DNA of 64,000 bases from Nemertoderma westbladi (Eukaryota; Animalia; Xenacoelomorpha): the NCBI GenBank assembly GCA_032718475.1, contig JAUCBJ010008976.1:122015-186014 (forward strand). Direction: 5' to 3'. Positions 11,466 through 25,001 of the stretch are shown here, in pieces (the first letter of the stretch is position 1; each line of letters opens with the position of its first letter). The translations under genes were made by a program, and so were the position numbers. Below the pieces are notes generated by a model. The model did not search any database, was not told the origin of the DNA, and saw nothing but the letters and a program-made list of their open reading frames with translations.

Positions 11466-12985
11466 TAAGTGAGTCCGAACAACTACATGTCCAATTCAGT
11501 GATGTGAACGACACTGACCAAAGTTCTGAGATGGAAGGATTCTATACGGACGAATTCTCCGACCAAAACGAATCCTGTTACTTAATAAACACCACCGCAG
11601 TGTATCGAGCACTCATGTATGAGAAAGACACAGACAGCGACCTCACCCTAACTACTTCAGATCAACAACATTCTTGGAAAGCGCCAACTTCAAATGTAGG
11701 AATCCGAGAATTTCCTGTAGTCCAGTTACGGGTCCACGGACCTCAGAAGAGCTATATAGTGAACGCCCTCCTGGACTCCGGCAGCACAGGAACATTCATC
11801 GATAAAGAACTAGCCGAAGACATCTTTGCTGGACAACCCAAGTTCCGAACCAAGCTAAACATGTCAGGGATCATGCAGGTTTGGAAATCTGCTGTGGCTG
11901 CCGACTATTATATAGGTGAGTTGTCCACTCCACAGGATAAACTAGGAGAACACAGTATAAGGTCAGTCAAAATGGTGGCAATAAAGAACTTCGCTACCAC
12001 CCAAGTGGAACCTTATAATTGGGACGAAGATGATCATGCCCAACAACTTAACATTCCTAGATTCGACACCGATTATCCTGGAGTACAAATATTAATCGGT
12101 CAAAACGCGCATGAGGCGCTGGAGACATTGGAGAAACGACCTGCTCAACCGCAACCACTTCAGACCTATGCGGTAAGAACTAGAGTAGGTTGGTACCTTA
12201 CTGGACCTTCCCGAAGAACGCTCAGAGAAAGACTGCTTCAAGATCGCGTCTGCCAGGTGAGTGAATGGGAAGATGATACTAGTGAGGGAGACGACCCAAC
12301 TGAGGGAACACCATACTCCTCAGATAATGACGATATTAGCTCCAATGTAGATCAATGGAGATATTGCCCCAAGAAGTTTAATCCAACTGACATCGCTTCC
12401 AGAGGAGCAACTCCTCAAGAACTGACAGATACTACAGACCGGTTAGGTGAACCCGACTTCCTGAGTAAGGAGGATGAATGGCCTCCCCATCTTACTCCAA
12501 CTGAGATTAGACCAGCCAAGGGAGCGGAGAAAGTCAAACCTAAAACCCGGACGGGTGGATCGGAGTTATTTGAACCCGGGATAGATCTGTCGGTATTACA
12601 TATTGCCAGGGACGACGCCGTGGATCTGGACCTCCCCACCGCGAGTGGATCCTTCATGAAGATCAGAGAGAGCGATTGGAGCTCTGGAACATCAGACGTC
12701 TCGCAGGGACTCTCACCTCTCCTGCAGGGAGCGACGGACCACTATAGCTCCTGGAATCGGCTTTGTAAGGCCGTCGTGTACCTAGAGCGATGTTTCTATC
12801 GTCACTATTCCAGGACGAAGAGGAAACCTGGAATTGTATTCGGGATGCAGCGACTCAAATCACCCAGTCAGTCGTTTGTGTTTACCGGAAGGGAATGGAG
12901 GACTCTCCGGAAACTGTGGAAGGCAAGATTCTCTTCCCACGACCACCTCCCTAATCCTTCAAACATCTAGGGACTCCATAACGTA
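11466..12985 (+). pseudogene. pol: Deleted pol remnant: aspartic protease + post-RNase H segment + integrase C-terminal tail
   Basis: ALLDSGSTGTFI; jumps from SSDNDDI to DQWRY..NPTDIASRG and from HYSRTK to KPGIVF relative to element C. Confidence 0.9.
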
Positions 12986-14634
12986 ACAACATATGGAGTG
13001 GGTGTGTGACTCTATTATTTTATATTATTTTATTATTTTTATATTTCTGTATGTATTACTATGTAATTTTATTATAATCGTTTTATTTAATTTAGTAGAA
13101 TATTATTTAGCGATTATTTAGTAGAATAGTGCAATATATTCGTGTTTATTGCGTACGTAATTACTTATATTATATTTAGTGTGACGGTGAGAAACAAGTA
13201 TTTTTCTCTTTCCTTACTGTCCGTGTTATATTATAAATACGTAACTACAGTAAGATGAAATGTCCGTACTTATTAAAGTACAATAAAGCCACTACTATAT
13301 TCAAGTATTATTGGTAGGCAGAGTATTAGGAATGCAAAGTTCAGATCCTCGTGTCTCGGCTAAACCAAGCTCTGGGTAGACCTTGGAAACGACTTGCCTC
13401 TTCACACTGACATTGCTTCGTGCGATATTGCTCTCATACCGTATATTAAATAATACATATAGTAGCGTGATGTCCCTCTAACAGTAGCGTGAAACGCAAA
13501 TAAATCTGTTAAACCTTTTGACCATCTGTAATTCTAGTCGATTAAGATATCGCGGCACCCACCGATATACTTGAAAGACAAATTCTAGAATCAGTGGTTA
13601 ACGTCCCCAGACAAGTTCTGGAATAAATCGGTGCCCATCTCAAATATTAATTATTTAATATTTGCAAATCTAATAAATCAAAATCTGTAAAATTCAGATC
13701 AACAATTCTAGTCAATTAAGACATCGTAGCATTTACCGATATTCTTAAAAGGACAATTTTCATAGAATTAAGGATCTTGTGTCCCCAGACATGTTCTAGA
13801 ATCAAAACATGTCAATTTAATTATCAAATAATAAAATTTCAGGGAATAAATTTAAATTCATGCCTTTTAATGAATTTAATAAATTGCCATTTTTACGCAA
13901 TTTATAACATTCCCAAAATTCCATTAATTAATAGATCAAGGGAGCGGAGATTTATCTTCTTATGCGTATGAGTGTGCGAAAGTCTCCCAAACATAGTCAA
14001 TAGCCGATAAAATTCATAAAGCCATGTATAAAACAGGACATTGACCATTAAAGAATTACTATTAAATAACATCCCAGATCTGTATGCATTGGAATTACCC
14101 TAATTCTACCGCTAGCTTTGCATAATGTCACCATAGCAACAACCACGCTAGAATTAGAATTGAGTTAAAAGAACAATAGAAAGCATGCCCCATTGAATAG
14201 CATAGGGAATAAATAGCGCACTGCTAGTATAAAAGGATACATGATAATAACGTGACATTCTGGAAGGCACTGACTAACGGACAAGTGACCCGAGTGTGTG
14301 TAATTTGTGACAAGTTGTGTGTGTGGTATTTGTGAGTTTATAGGCGAATGTTACTACTAAGGTGTGTTTACAGTAGCGAGTTGCAATTGTGAAAGTAACC
14401 CTAACTCTCCAGTAAGAACCTGAGGTGTATCTAAGCCTTTGGGACGGACAGTCGAGTGACTTGTGCCGGTTATCGTTGTCATTGTGTAGCTACATCGTTG
14501 GCGAAAGCACAGCGACGACGGTACATCGGCGCTGAGGATCTCGCACTGTCCGGGGGCTGATTGGGGTAGGCAGCGACGCTCGCTAGCCTAAATATAAACT
14601 CATTATAATATTAATAAACTCATATATAGCAGAT

Positions 14635-16282
14635 ATGACGGAGTTGATAGAAGATGGTCTTGGTATCAGGGAGCGATATACTCTACTTTCAAGCGTTTGT
14701 TGATAGCTTGATACGCGGTGATACTAGTCCAACTACTACGGAGGATGATGGTCGTTATATCGAACCTACGATTTCCTGGAAGTAACTTACGCGTGAATTG
14801 GACTATGGAAAATTCACCGCTCGCTATACGCATCGTAATGGTACGTATATGGACTTCTTGACTACTGGTCATCCTATTGATTTACACGACACCGACGATA
14901 TAGACACCGAAAGGGAAATGGTTTTATTTAAATATCATACCCAGCGGAGTCGAAACGATAAATCGAGAATAGAACACGAGAACTCTATTCGAAACAGACT
15001 CGAGAGGGAAGACGTTGAAGAACCTGATAAACGTCGCGACTTCAACGACTATCTAGAATTCCTAAGAGAGACCTATCTCAATATTGCCAGTCAACAAAAC
15101 CTCGAAACTCGATATCCTCAAGGTATACATCCAGACCCTATGATGGAACTCAAACGGCTCTATTTTACGATGCTGTATCTTACCGCCGATCGACCGCTAC
15201 CTGTCGTTCCAGATAGCTTCGAACAGATGGAGGAATATTGTAAAACTGGAGAGCGATCACCCGCGTTTCCCCTTCAAGACGTGCGTCTTTGGTATTATTA
15301 CGATAAATGCCCTAGACCCAGCCAATAAACGGAAAGACATAAACATCCACGGAAACGTTGTGTTAAACACAGTTGTGCTCGTTATATTTACTGGAGTTTC
15401 GAGCGAAACTTGTTTGACGTATCACCTATGCTCACTCGGCTCGAACGATCCTGGAGTAAACCTACGATCAGAGTCCCGGAATACTCGGTCAAACCTCCTC
15501 ATTCCTTAGTTGGACCTCAGACCTGCGATCCTGGTGGTGTCGCGGATCCTCGCGGACTGTATTCACTGTTCAAAGATCTAGTGCTACCCTAACAATTAAT
15601 CGGTAACACTCCGACAGTGATTTCTAGCTAGCCGCCCATCTTACCTAGCCGGATTGTGACGCGGACACCTAATATCACTATCCAACCGTATGGTCGTCCC
15701 CGTTTAACGTGATACAACCCTTCATCAAGGTGAAGGAGAGCGTTGTACGAAACGAGTTAAACGCTATTCTATAAAGATCAAAAAAGAAACCTGCGTTTGT
15801 TCAGATAAACGTAAGTTATAACAGTAAGTCCAATCGATAAACGAATTGGCCTTATCTCAGTTCGATTGGGAAATCTCGAATCTCTAAGAAGATATCAAGC
15901 TTAGAAAACCCTATTCTCTGCGAGAGTTTTGGACGAACGTATCCCATGACAAGCGGAGGAAAATCAGCTCGAGGAGAAGCATATCGAAATGGACGAGACA
16001 CCAACCGTAAACCCAAACCTTCTAATGCAATTGTATTGCACCCTTTACCCAGGAGTTATAGTCTTTCTAGTAAAGTGGCTCGCCCCAAAGAGAAAAGGAC
16101 TCTTGCTGGCCTCGGGAAACTGCGTGAACGCCGTCCGCGCAAGAAAAACTAACTGTTTAGAGTATCTTTATGTTTTAGAAACTGTGATTTTTATATTTTA
16201 TAGACTGAAAATCCCATTTTCTGGGAGCGGTGTAAAAGCTTTTGCGGAATTGCCCGGTTATTTTTCCTTATTTTTCCCGTAA
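14635..16282 (+). pseudogene. Third ORF (ORF3, unknown function) of element A, frameshifted
   Basis: Homologous ORF pieces at the same position in elements B and C. Confidence 0.8.
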
Positions 16283-17125
16283 AATACTCTGTAGTTGGTT
16301 TAGTAGGCGTAAGAGGCCGTATTATTGCTGTATCGGTGTTTTTTAGAGGACCTAAGAGCTATTTCTTCCGTATGTGTACTTTGGGGGACATGGTTGGTGA
16401 TTCTATGGCAATTCTATGACGCAAAATAGCTAGATCCTCTTGAAACAGTAGTTACTATGACGACGGTTAACAGCTGAGCTGTATACGTGTCGATTTTCTT
16501 TGTTCTACGGTGCCTCTCAGTTCAGTCAACCAATCAGAGCGTTTTTACTGTTCTTGTACAGAAATTTCCTAGAAATCACGCAATGCTTTATGGGCAGTGT
16601 TATCATTCAGTCCTGAGCCAAGAAAGAACGGCTTTTGGAATATTTGTGCTTTTCTGCTTTTAGCCTCTGTGTCGGTCTGTGTTCCTTTTATATGTGACAT
16701 CAGTGTGCAGTATTGTGCAGCATTGTGTATGAGTGAGACTGATAACGAAGCATTTCCTAAAGAATGCGCCATATATGTGAATTGTAACTAAGCCATATCG
16801 TTGCATGTAGTTTAAGTCATAGCTCTGTTTATATAGATAGAGCGCCACGTCCAAAAGGAACTGTTAATATTCCCGAAGGTGAATAATATTGTCAGAGATT
16901 ATAATATAATACTGTCAGTCGAATAATACATTAGGCTTACATAGCAATAAGATTAAGCCGTCGAAGTCAATCTCCCGGGTATATCCAGCGGGTGAATGAT
17001 CGCGCACAGATTGGTTTCAACTAGTGTAGTGAATCAAATACTTGTCAGAGGCTAAAAGCGATTTATTATCTAGAAGACATCCTAATTTGGCGGGTTAAAC
17101 TGCCAAAGGTCTGAAAGCGCGAACA
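16231..17125 (+). repeat. 3' LTR of element A (lacks ~315 bp and ~23 bp relative to the 5' LTR)
   Basis: Direct repeat of 9890-11116; deletion junctions near 16666 and 16698. Confidence 0.95.
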
Positions 17126-17130
17126 CATTA

Positions 17131-18566
17131 TGACTGAGGAGGAGCTTGATATTAAGATCGAAGCTGGTTTCGAAAATGTCGATTTCAATGAAGTCGACAT
17201 TGGACTTCTTGAAAGTGAACTTATTATGTCCAACATTCCCGAATGTGATGCTGCTGACCCTTTACTGGATGATGATGGCAATCTTGATTTTGAAAACTTA
17301 GAGCCGCCAGGTAGTAACAATGAACAGACAGTACTGCAGGATGTGGTGATGATTGATGATATGGTTGGTGCCAGTACTAGTGGAGGAGCAACGGATGCAG
17401 ACTCCCTTCCTGGTTGGGATCGTGTCCTTGCTTTGGCGGAACATCTGGCAGATCTAAATAGTTTGATAGTGAGCATAACTGATGCAACAGCTATTGTGAA
17501 GAAGTTCAATCAACTTCATGAGTATGATAAGAAACCTATCGAATTCCAAAGGAGTGTTTCTTCTACTCGACCTTCACGTCCTTCGAGTTTCAGATTAAAG
17601 AAAGCCATGAGTGGACAAGATGGAGCAGAAACTTTGCGAACTTGTATAGTTTCTGGAGGTCCACCAGCTTTGAGCCCTGCACTAAGTAGAGTGGTTCAGG
17701 CAATATTCATCAGGTTGGGAGAAGTATATATTGAAAATAAACGCATTGTATCTTCAGGGAAGAGGATATCTGTATCCCGCTGGAAGTTGATGTGTCAACA
17801 TTATCTAAGACTGCGGAATCGGATTTCCCATTGCTCTGCAATAACAGATCATTGTAATTTGACACTCTACAATGTCAACGAAACAACCCTCAGGCAGTGG
17901 TGGGAAAAAAAAATCCGACGGGAAGAGGCTAAAACTCTTATAGGAAATTTGGGGTTGCAGAGTTCTGCCCCAAATGTTGCAGAGGAACCACTCCCTGAAC
18001 CACAGCCTCTCAGGAAAAACATCGAGCAACCCATCACACCAATGTCTATCTATGATCCTGTGGATACCCGAGGCCACGCCACTGTCAGGAGTAGGAAAGA
18101 AACCGTTGATTCATCGAAGACTTCAGCCCCTTCAGTTTCACAACCCCCTCCACAAATGCCTTTTCAACCATATTTACCCTTCTACCCACCTTACATAAAC
18201 TGCAATCCAAATCCATACTACCCATATCCATACCCGATACCTTCCCACCCGAAGTATATCCAGCCGAGCTATGACCGACCATCCCAGGATCAGTGGGATA
18301 GCAAACAGCCTCAATCAGACATGAGTTTAGGTCCTGTCCAGGTGCAACATCGACCTATAAGCCGTACAACCGCTTGGCGAAGACGTAAAGTATCAACAAC
18401 AGAGCCTTTCACTCGTAAGATTCACAAACCTCGCAGATGTCATAAATGCCAATCACTATTAGGAGGGGATGTTTATCATCGTCATTATTTTGGGCATATA
18501 TACTGCCCATATGAAGTGGGGCAGGTATCATATGATGAGTGGTTGGATTCCATCAATCGCAAGTAA
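17131..18566 (+). pseudogene. Mutator-like transposase, 3' part (acidic region, PGWDRV motif, C-terminal CxxC..H..C finger)
   Basis: Removing element A and one TSD copy restores ...HEEI-MTEEELD... in frame. Confidence 0.8.
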
Positions 18567-19612
18567 ACTTCTTTACAACTCTGTCGAGCATAGACTTCAA
18601 TAATACTCATAATTATTGCACATTGCCAATATCAGTAGTAAATATATAAATAAATAAAATATATTTCATGTATATATCAAGGTATAAAATTACAAACAAA
18701 TTTTTGAAATTAAATTTTTTGCATAATTGCCTTTCATTCCATCAAATATAATTCCGTAAGTGGTGGCAAAACATAGATTATTGACTTGCTTCATAATTTG
18801 GCACTCTTCTGATGCTAAATAATATTGCTTTACAAAAACTCCAACTTTTTCCACCATTATTTTAAATACGCATTTTTTATATTTTAAATACTTCGGTGTA
18901 GTAGTAGGAGAATTATTTTGAGGTATTTGCATCTCATCTTATTGTTCTTTGTTTATTATCCATATTATCTATCACTTGTATTTAAATACCAAGATATAAA
19001 TAATCGCGATAGTTAGTATATCTATTATGGTGCTTGAAATAATTCCTATGCAAGTCCTGTTATTCATTCGCTGAATATAATGTGTATACCAATATAATAT
19101 ATATAATTGCGATAATTACCGATAGTATATGTATTATGGTACTTGAAATAAATCCGATGCAGGTCATGTTATTCTTTCGCAGATTATAATGTTTATACTC
19201 ATATTAAAAGGCGGTACTTTATATTTATAAACAATTTATTTATTTTTGCTCCTGGGTTGGTTGGAATCCCGCATCATCACTACAACACGTGGGGACTTCG
19301 CGCAGCACAGGTCAGGTCAACCTTAGCATAGCAGTACCATTAGCGAGCTAGTAATTCACCCCCTAGCGGCAGACAGAGGAACTATAGAGGTCTGTCTGTG
19401 TGTAGAATTTCTAAAGATTTTATAGACTACATGTGTACCTAGTTTAGATAGTAGCTACAGTCTAGGGAATCCCCCAAAAAAGATGCAGCTGATTGTGACA
19501 CTGTAAGGATTTCCCTTATAGAATCAGCTGATCTTCATATGATATTTTCGTCTTCCTTCCCCCTTTTTCCCTTTCCCTTCCCCCTCAGCACAGAGAACTT
19601 CTTCCCCCTGCC

Positions 19613-21310
19613 TGAGAGGCCTATCATTTAAATAACTCGCTATTTCCTCTAAGAGAGTTCGGAGTAGCTCATCAGTTAGATAGGCTTTACATGGAATAAT
19701 ATGGTGGAACGCGATCTTCGTACTCTTAATTAGTCGTTCCCAACTTCCACCCCACCAAGGTGCGTCGGCTGCGTTAAACGTCCATGTTGATGCCGATACC
19801 CTTAGGTGTTCTTCTAGCTGGTGATCGTTCCAATCGGCTATGAATTTAGCGATTTCCTTGTTGGCACCCACTAAATTCGTTCCCTGGTCGGGTCTCATAG
19901 TGCGGCTAGTACCAAATCAACCGATTTGTCTTCTCAGGCAAAGGATAAAACTTTTCAGTGACATATCGTTAACCATACCCAAGTAAATGACTCGAAAAGT
20001 CATGCAAACAAAGATGACACACCATCTTTTCACCATTGTACGGGCGCGCTTGACTTCGAAGGGTCCGAAAAGATCTACGTCGGTGTGGGTGAACGGGGGT
20101 TGGTAACATTCGACTCGTTCCCTAGGGAGCGCCGCTTCTAGTTGAGTCAGCAGCTTGCTATAAATCCTTTTGCAAGGTATACAGTTTCGTAGTGTTTGGT
20201 TGAGAGCTGTGGATGGGTGCACCAGGTAATATCGCATTCTGATCTCGCTTAATATATGTTCCCTCCCGGCGTGATAGAGACGGTAGTGAACGTCCTGTAT
20301 CAACTTGATCTGAATTTCCGGGTCGAATATTAGTATGGGAAACATAGTATCTCTAGAGATCGGAGCTTTAGTAAGGCGACCTCCAACTCGAATTAAACCA
20401 TTTATCATTATGCTGGAGAATTTATCCGTTAATGGAGTTAGGGGGTCAACACTGAGTTGGTTATATTTCTCAGGCTTCTCCAGTCTTTGTGAAACTCTTA
20501 ATAACTGTAAATTGGATTGATCTACCTTCATTAGCAGTTAATACTATCAAGGTACGGTCTTAGTACTGTATCGATAGTGAAAGAGTTGTTTTAGTATGGT
20601 TATAGCCCTACACATTTTATCCCACGAGCTATAATGGTTCATGGTTCGAGATATTAGAGGGGATAAGCCCATATCCACATTTGGTAACAGTAGTTGGTCA
20701 TTGGATTTTTCAGGGTCGTTAGTGGCAGTTTAGGGTTGGAAATCAATATTCGGGGGAAGGTTTGGAATTTGACTATTAATTTTGTTTACATAGCTGTTGG
20801 TTGCCATGTCAACAGGCTTAAAAAGCTTTGACTTATAGGGCCTGGTTTTTGGCTTAACGATTTCTAAACCCTTGACTTGCCTCATTTCCTCCGGTGTAAT
20901 ATGAGGAGGCCATAGTTCTTCTGGTTTGGAAAGGAAATCGGGCCCATTCAACCAACATGTTGAATTTAAGAGGTCATTAGGGGTCGCACCACGGGAGGGT
21001 ATGTCAGCCGGGTTTTGGGGTCCGGGGATGTACCTCCATTGATCTAACTTGCTGCGATTAAGTATTATTGATACTCGGTTTGTAATGTATAAATTAAAAC
21101 CGCAGACGGTGTTAGTCAAATATTCCAGCACTATGGCTGCGTCTGTCCATAAAACGGTTCTAGATTATTACAAAGTCAGTCTCGTCCAGGATATTTTTGG
21201 CAACAGTAGTTGCAAACAGTGCGGCCTTTAGTTCAGCTCTTGGAACTGTTAAATCGTTGTTTTTTATCAAAAATTTGGACGCTACTAGTGACACCCGAGT
21301 GTCTTGGGGT
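19613..21310 (-). pseudogene. pol: Older, diverged BEL/Pao pol fragment (RNase H end + integrase)
   Basis: NPADIPSRG, HAGRE, DLFGP, PDQGTNLVGA, WERLIKSTK motifs with stops and frameshifts; clearly diverged from element C. Confidence 0.9.
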
Positions 21311-22177
21311 TGTAAAAGCTTTTGCGGAATTAGCTAGTCATTTTTCCCGTAAAGTATTCTGTAGGTGTTTTAACGGACATAAAAAGCCGTTTCCTTACTG
21401 TACCGGTGTTTTAGTGGACATAAAAAGCCATTTTTCTGTATGTGTGTACTTTAGCGGACATAACTAGCAATTTTATGTCGCAATGCATCAAAATACTCTT
21501 GATACAGTGTAGTTCAGATTACGACATCTACCAGCTGATTTGCTGTACTCGTGGAGCTTTCTTTGTTCGGCTCAGCCAATCAGAGCGATTTTCATTTTAT
21601 TAGCACAGAAGCCTCCGGGAAATCGCGCAATGCATTATGGTTTATGTTTACCTTTTCCTGATGCCAGAACATCGGCTGTGGAATAATTCTGTGTTTCAAC
21701 TTTTAGCAAAACATTAGTAGGCTTAGATTATAGAAAAGTATAGCTGTTATCTCACATACATACTCAACTCAGCATATCTCAGTGCAGTCTCGCATGGGAC
21801 AGTACCAGTACACACCGCATTATTTTACTGCTATTTACTGTTGGTTATTAATTGTATCAGTTGATGGAATATTGTTATATTTGGATAATCTCGATAAATA
21901 ATCAGAAAACCCCCCATCTTCTTGATATACTGAAGGTAAGAGACTGGTTACATATAGCAATTGCGACTCACATTATCGTGGTTTTGGAGTGACTCTAATG
22001 CTAATTTATAGGCACTACATGGGTCAATTGCTGTTCTCTTTATATGTGATTAAAATTAGTGAAGGTCGGCAGATCGGTGTGCAGCATTGTGCGGTAGTGT
22101 GCATGATTGTGAATGATAACAAAGCATTTCCTAAAGAATGCGCCTTATACGTAAATCAATAGCCTTCCCATTGTGTC

Positions 22178-23397
22178 TGTTCGCGCTTTTAAGACCTTTA
22201 GCAGTTTAACCTGCCAAATTTATATGTATTTTAGATTATAAATTGATATAAATATTATTAGTATCTATAGTATTTGATACAAATAAACACTACATTAGCC
22301 GAAGCCAGCCTAGTGCGCGACCATTCACCCGTTGGATATACCCGGGAGACTGGGTTCGGAAGACTTGACCTTATTGCGTTGTAAGCCTACTGTATTATTC
22401 GATTGATCGTTAATATATAATCTCTGACAAATATTATTCACTTTCGGTAAATATTAACAGTTCCTTTAGGAAGTGGCGCTCTAATTACGGGTATGTAAAC
22501 AGAGTTATGACTTATACTAAACACAACGGTATGGCTTATGATTCATGTATAAGGCGCATTCTTTAGGAGATGCTTAGTTACCTGTCAAACCATGCACTCT
22601 ATCGCACAATACTGCATACCAATCTGCCGACCTTTACTAATTTTAGTCACATATAAAGAGAACAGCAATTGACCCATGTAGTGCCTATGAAATAGCATTA
22701 GATTCACTCCAAAACCAAAATAATATGAGTCGCAATTGCTATATGTAACCTGTCTCTTACCTTCAGTATATCAAGAAGATGGGGTTTTTATGATTCTTTC
22801 TCGATATTATCCAAATATAATAATATTCCATCAACAACTGATACAATTAATAACCGACAGTAAATAGCAGTAAAATAATGCGGTGAAAGGCCATAATGCA
22901 TTGAGTGCATGGTGGTACCGTAATACTTGGCTTGTTATGGTAACAGTTATACGTTCCGGTAATCAAGCCGTTCTAATGTTTGGCTAAAGTCTGAAACACA
23001 GAATTATTCCACAGCCGATGTTTGTGGCGTCAGGAAAAAGGTAAACATAAACCGTAATGCATTGCGCGATTTCCCGGAGGCCTCTGTGTAATAAACTGAA
23101 AATCACGCTGATTGGTCGAGTGATTGCACAGAGTGGGCCTGAACAAAGAAAGTTCCAGGAGTACACCAAATCAGCTGATAGATGTCGTAATCTGAACTAC
23201 ACTGTGTAGAGAGTATTATGGCGTATTGCGACATAGGATTGCTAGTTATGTCCGCCAAAGTACACATACAGAAAAATAGCTTTTTATGTCCACTAAAATA
23301 CCGGTACAGTAAGGAAACGACTTTTATGTCCTTTAAAACATCTAAAGAGTACTTCGCGGGGAAAAAATGACTAGCCAATCCCGCAAAAGCCTTTACA
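22178..23397 (-). repeat. 3' LTR of element B
   Basis: Near-identical to 51796-52999; PPT complement CCGCTCCC at 23398. Confidence 0.95.
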
Positions 23398-23399
23398 CC

Positions 23400-25001
23400 G
23401 CTCCCAGAAAATGGGATTTAATTCTATAAAATATAAAAAATCACAGTTTCTAAAATCTAAGAATACTCTAAACAGTTAGTTTTTCTTGCGAAGACGGCGT
23501 TTACGCAGTTTTTTGAGACTAGCAAGAGTCCTTTTCTCTTTGAGGCGAGCCACTTTACTAGGAGGGCTATAACTCCTGTGGGAAGGGTGCAATACAATTA
23601 CATCAGAAGGTTTAGGGTTACGGCCGGTGTCTCGTCCATTTCGATATGCTTCTCCTCGAGCTGATTTTCCTCCGCTCGTCGTTGGATACGTTCGTCCAAA
23701 AACTCTCGCAGATAATAGGGTCGTCCAAGTTCGATATCGTCCTAGAGATTCTGGATTTCCCGATCGAACTGAGATAAAGCCAATCCGTTTACTGCTTGGA
23801 CTTGCTGTTACAATTTAAGTTTATCTGAACAAACGTAGGTTTCTTTTCTGATCTTTTGTAGAATAGCGTCTAAAGCGTTTCGTACAACACTCTCCTCCAC
23901 CTGGGTGACGGGTTGTATCGGTGTTAAGCCTGTACGGTTGTACGGGTTAAACGGCGATATTAGAAGACCGCGTCCTAATCCGGCCAGGTAGGGTTGGCGA
24001 ATATCTAGCGAGCCCACTACCGGAGTGCCGCCGATTAATTGTTCGGGTAACACAAGATCTTTAAACAGTGAGTACAGCTTGGGAGGATCCGTCATACTAA
24101 TAGGATCAAGAGTCTGAGGTCTCATTAGGGAATGAGGAGGTCTGATCGAGTATTCCGGAACTCTGATCATTGGTTTATTTAAGGATCGTCTGAGTCGAAC
24201 GAGCGTAGGTGATACGTCAAACAAATTTCGCTCGAAACTCCCGTAAGTATAGCGAGTAAAACCGTGTTTAGCGCAACGTCTCCGCGGATGTTTATGTCTT
24301 TCCGTTTGGCGGCTGGGTCTAGGGCATTCATCGCAATAATACCAAAGACGCACGTCCTGCAGGGGAAACGCGAGTGATCCCTCTCCAGTTTACAATATTC
24401 CTCCATCTGTTCGAAGCTATCCGGTACAACAGGTAGCGATCGATCGGCGGTAAGATACATCATAGTGGAATAGAGCCGTTTGAGTTCTACCATGCGGTCA
24501 TGATGTATACCTTGAGGATATCGAGTTTCTAGATTCTGTTGACTGGTAATATTGAGATATGTTTCTCTCAAAAATTCCAGATATTTGTTGAAGTCGCTGC
24601 GTTTATTCGGCTCTTCAACATCCTACACTTTCGAGTCGGTTTCGAATAGAATTATCGTGTTCGAGTCTCAGTTTATCGTTCCGCTTCCGCTGGGTATGAT
24701 ACTTAAATAAAACCATTTCCCTTTCGGTGTCCACATCGTCCGTATCATGTAAATCGATAGGATGACCAGTAGTTAAGAAGTCTATATACATACTATTACG
24801 ATGCGTATAGCAAGCGGTGAATTTTCTATAGTCCAACTCACGCGTGAGTTGTTCCTGGGACATTGGCGGTTCGATATAACGACCATCGTCCTTCGTAGTA
24901 GTTGGACTAGCGTTGCCGCGTATCAAGCTATCAACAAACACTTGTAAATGTAGAGTATATCGCTCCCTGATACCAAGATCATCTTCTATCAACTCAGTCA
25001 T
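23400..25001 (-). pseudogene. ORF3 of element B, frameshifted
   Basis: ORF pieces 24615-25001, 24179-24571, 23808-24353 match ORF3 of A and C. Confidence 0.8.

Larger units (their letters stand above)
9890..17125 (+). mobile_element. BEL/Pao LTR retrotransposon, element A (internally deleted, non-autonomous)
   Basis: LTRs 9890-11116 and 16231-17125, TG...CA; flanks AATTA/CATTA (5-bp TSD with 1 mismatch); purine tract GGGAGCGG before the 3' LTR. Confidence 0.95.

Noticed and set aside
13335-13400. Twister or hammerhead ribozyme in the conserved spacer block
   Set aside because: Core consensus nucleotides not found by eye
19250-19345. GGTTGGAATCCC as a tRNA/SINE B-box, plus a 20-bp similarity to ~3029-3048
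   Set aside because: No cloverleaf or A-box; the similarity is too short to exclude chance
2700-19612. GGCGGGGG (~2709) and CCCCCTGCC (~19604-19612) as TIRs of the Mutator-like element
   Set aside because: Only a short G-run match and no TSD in the flanks
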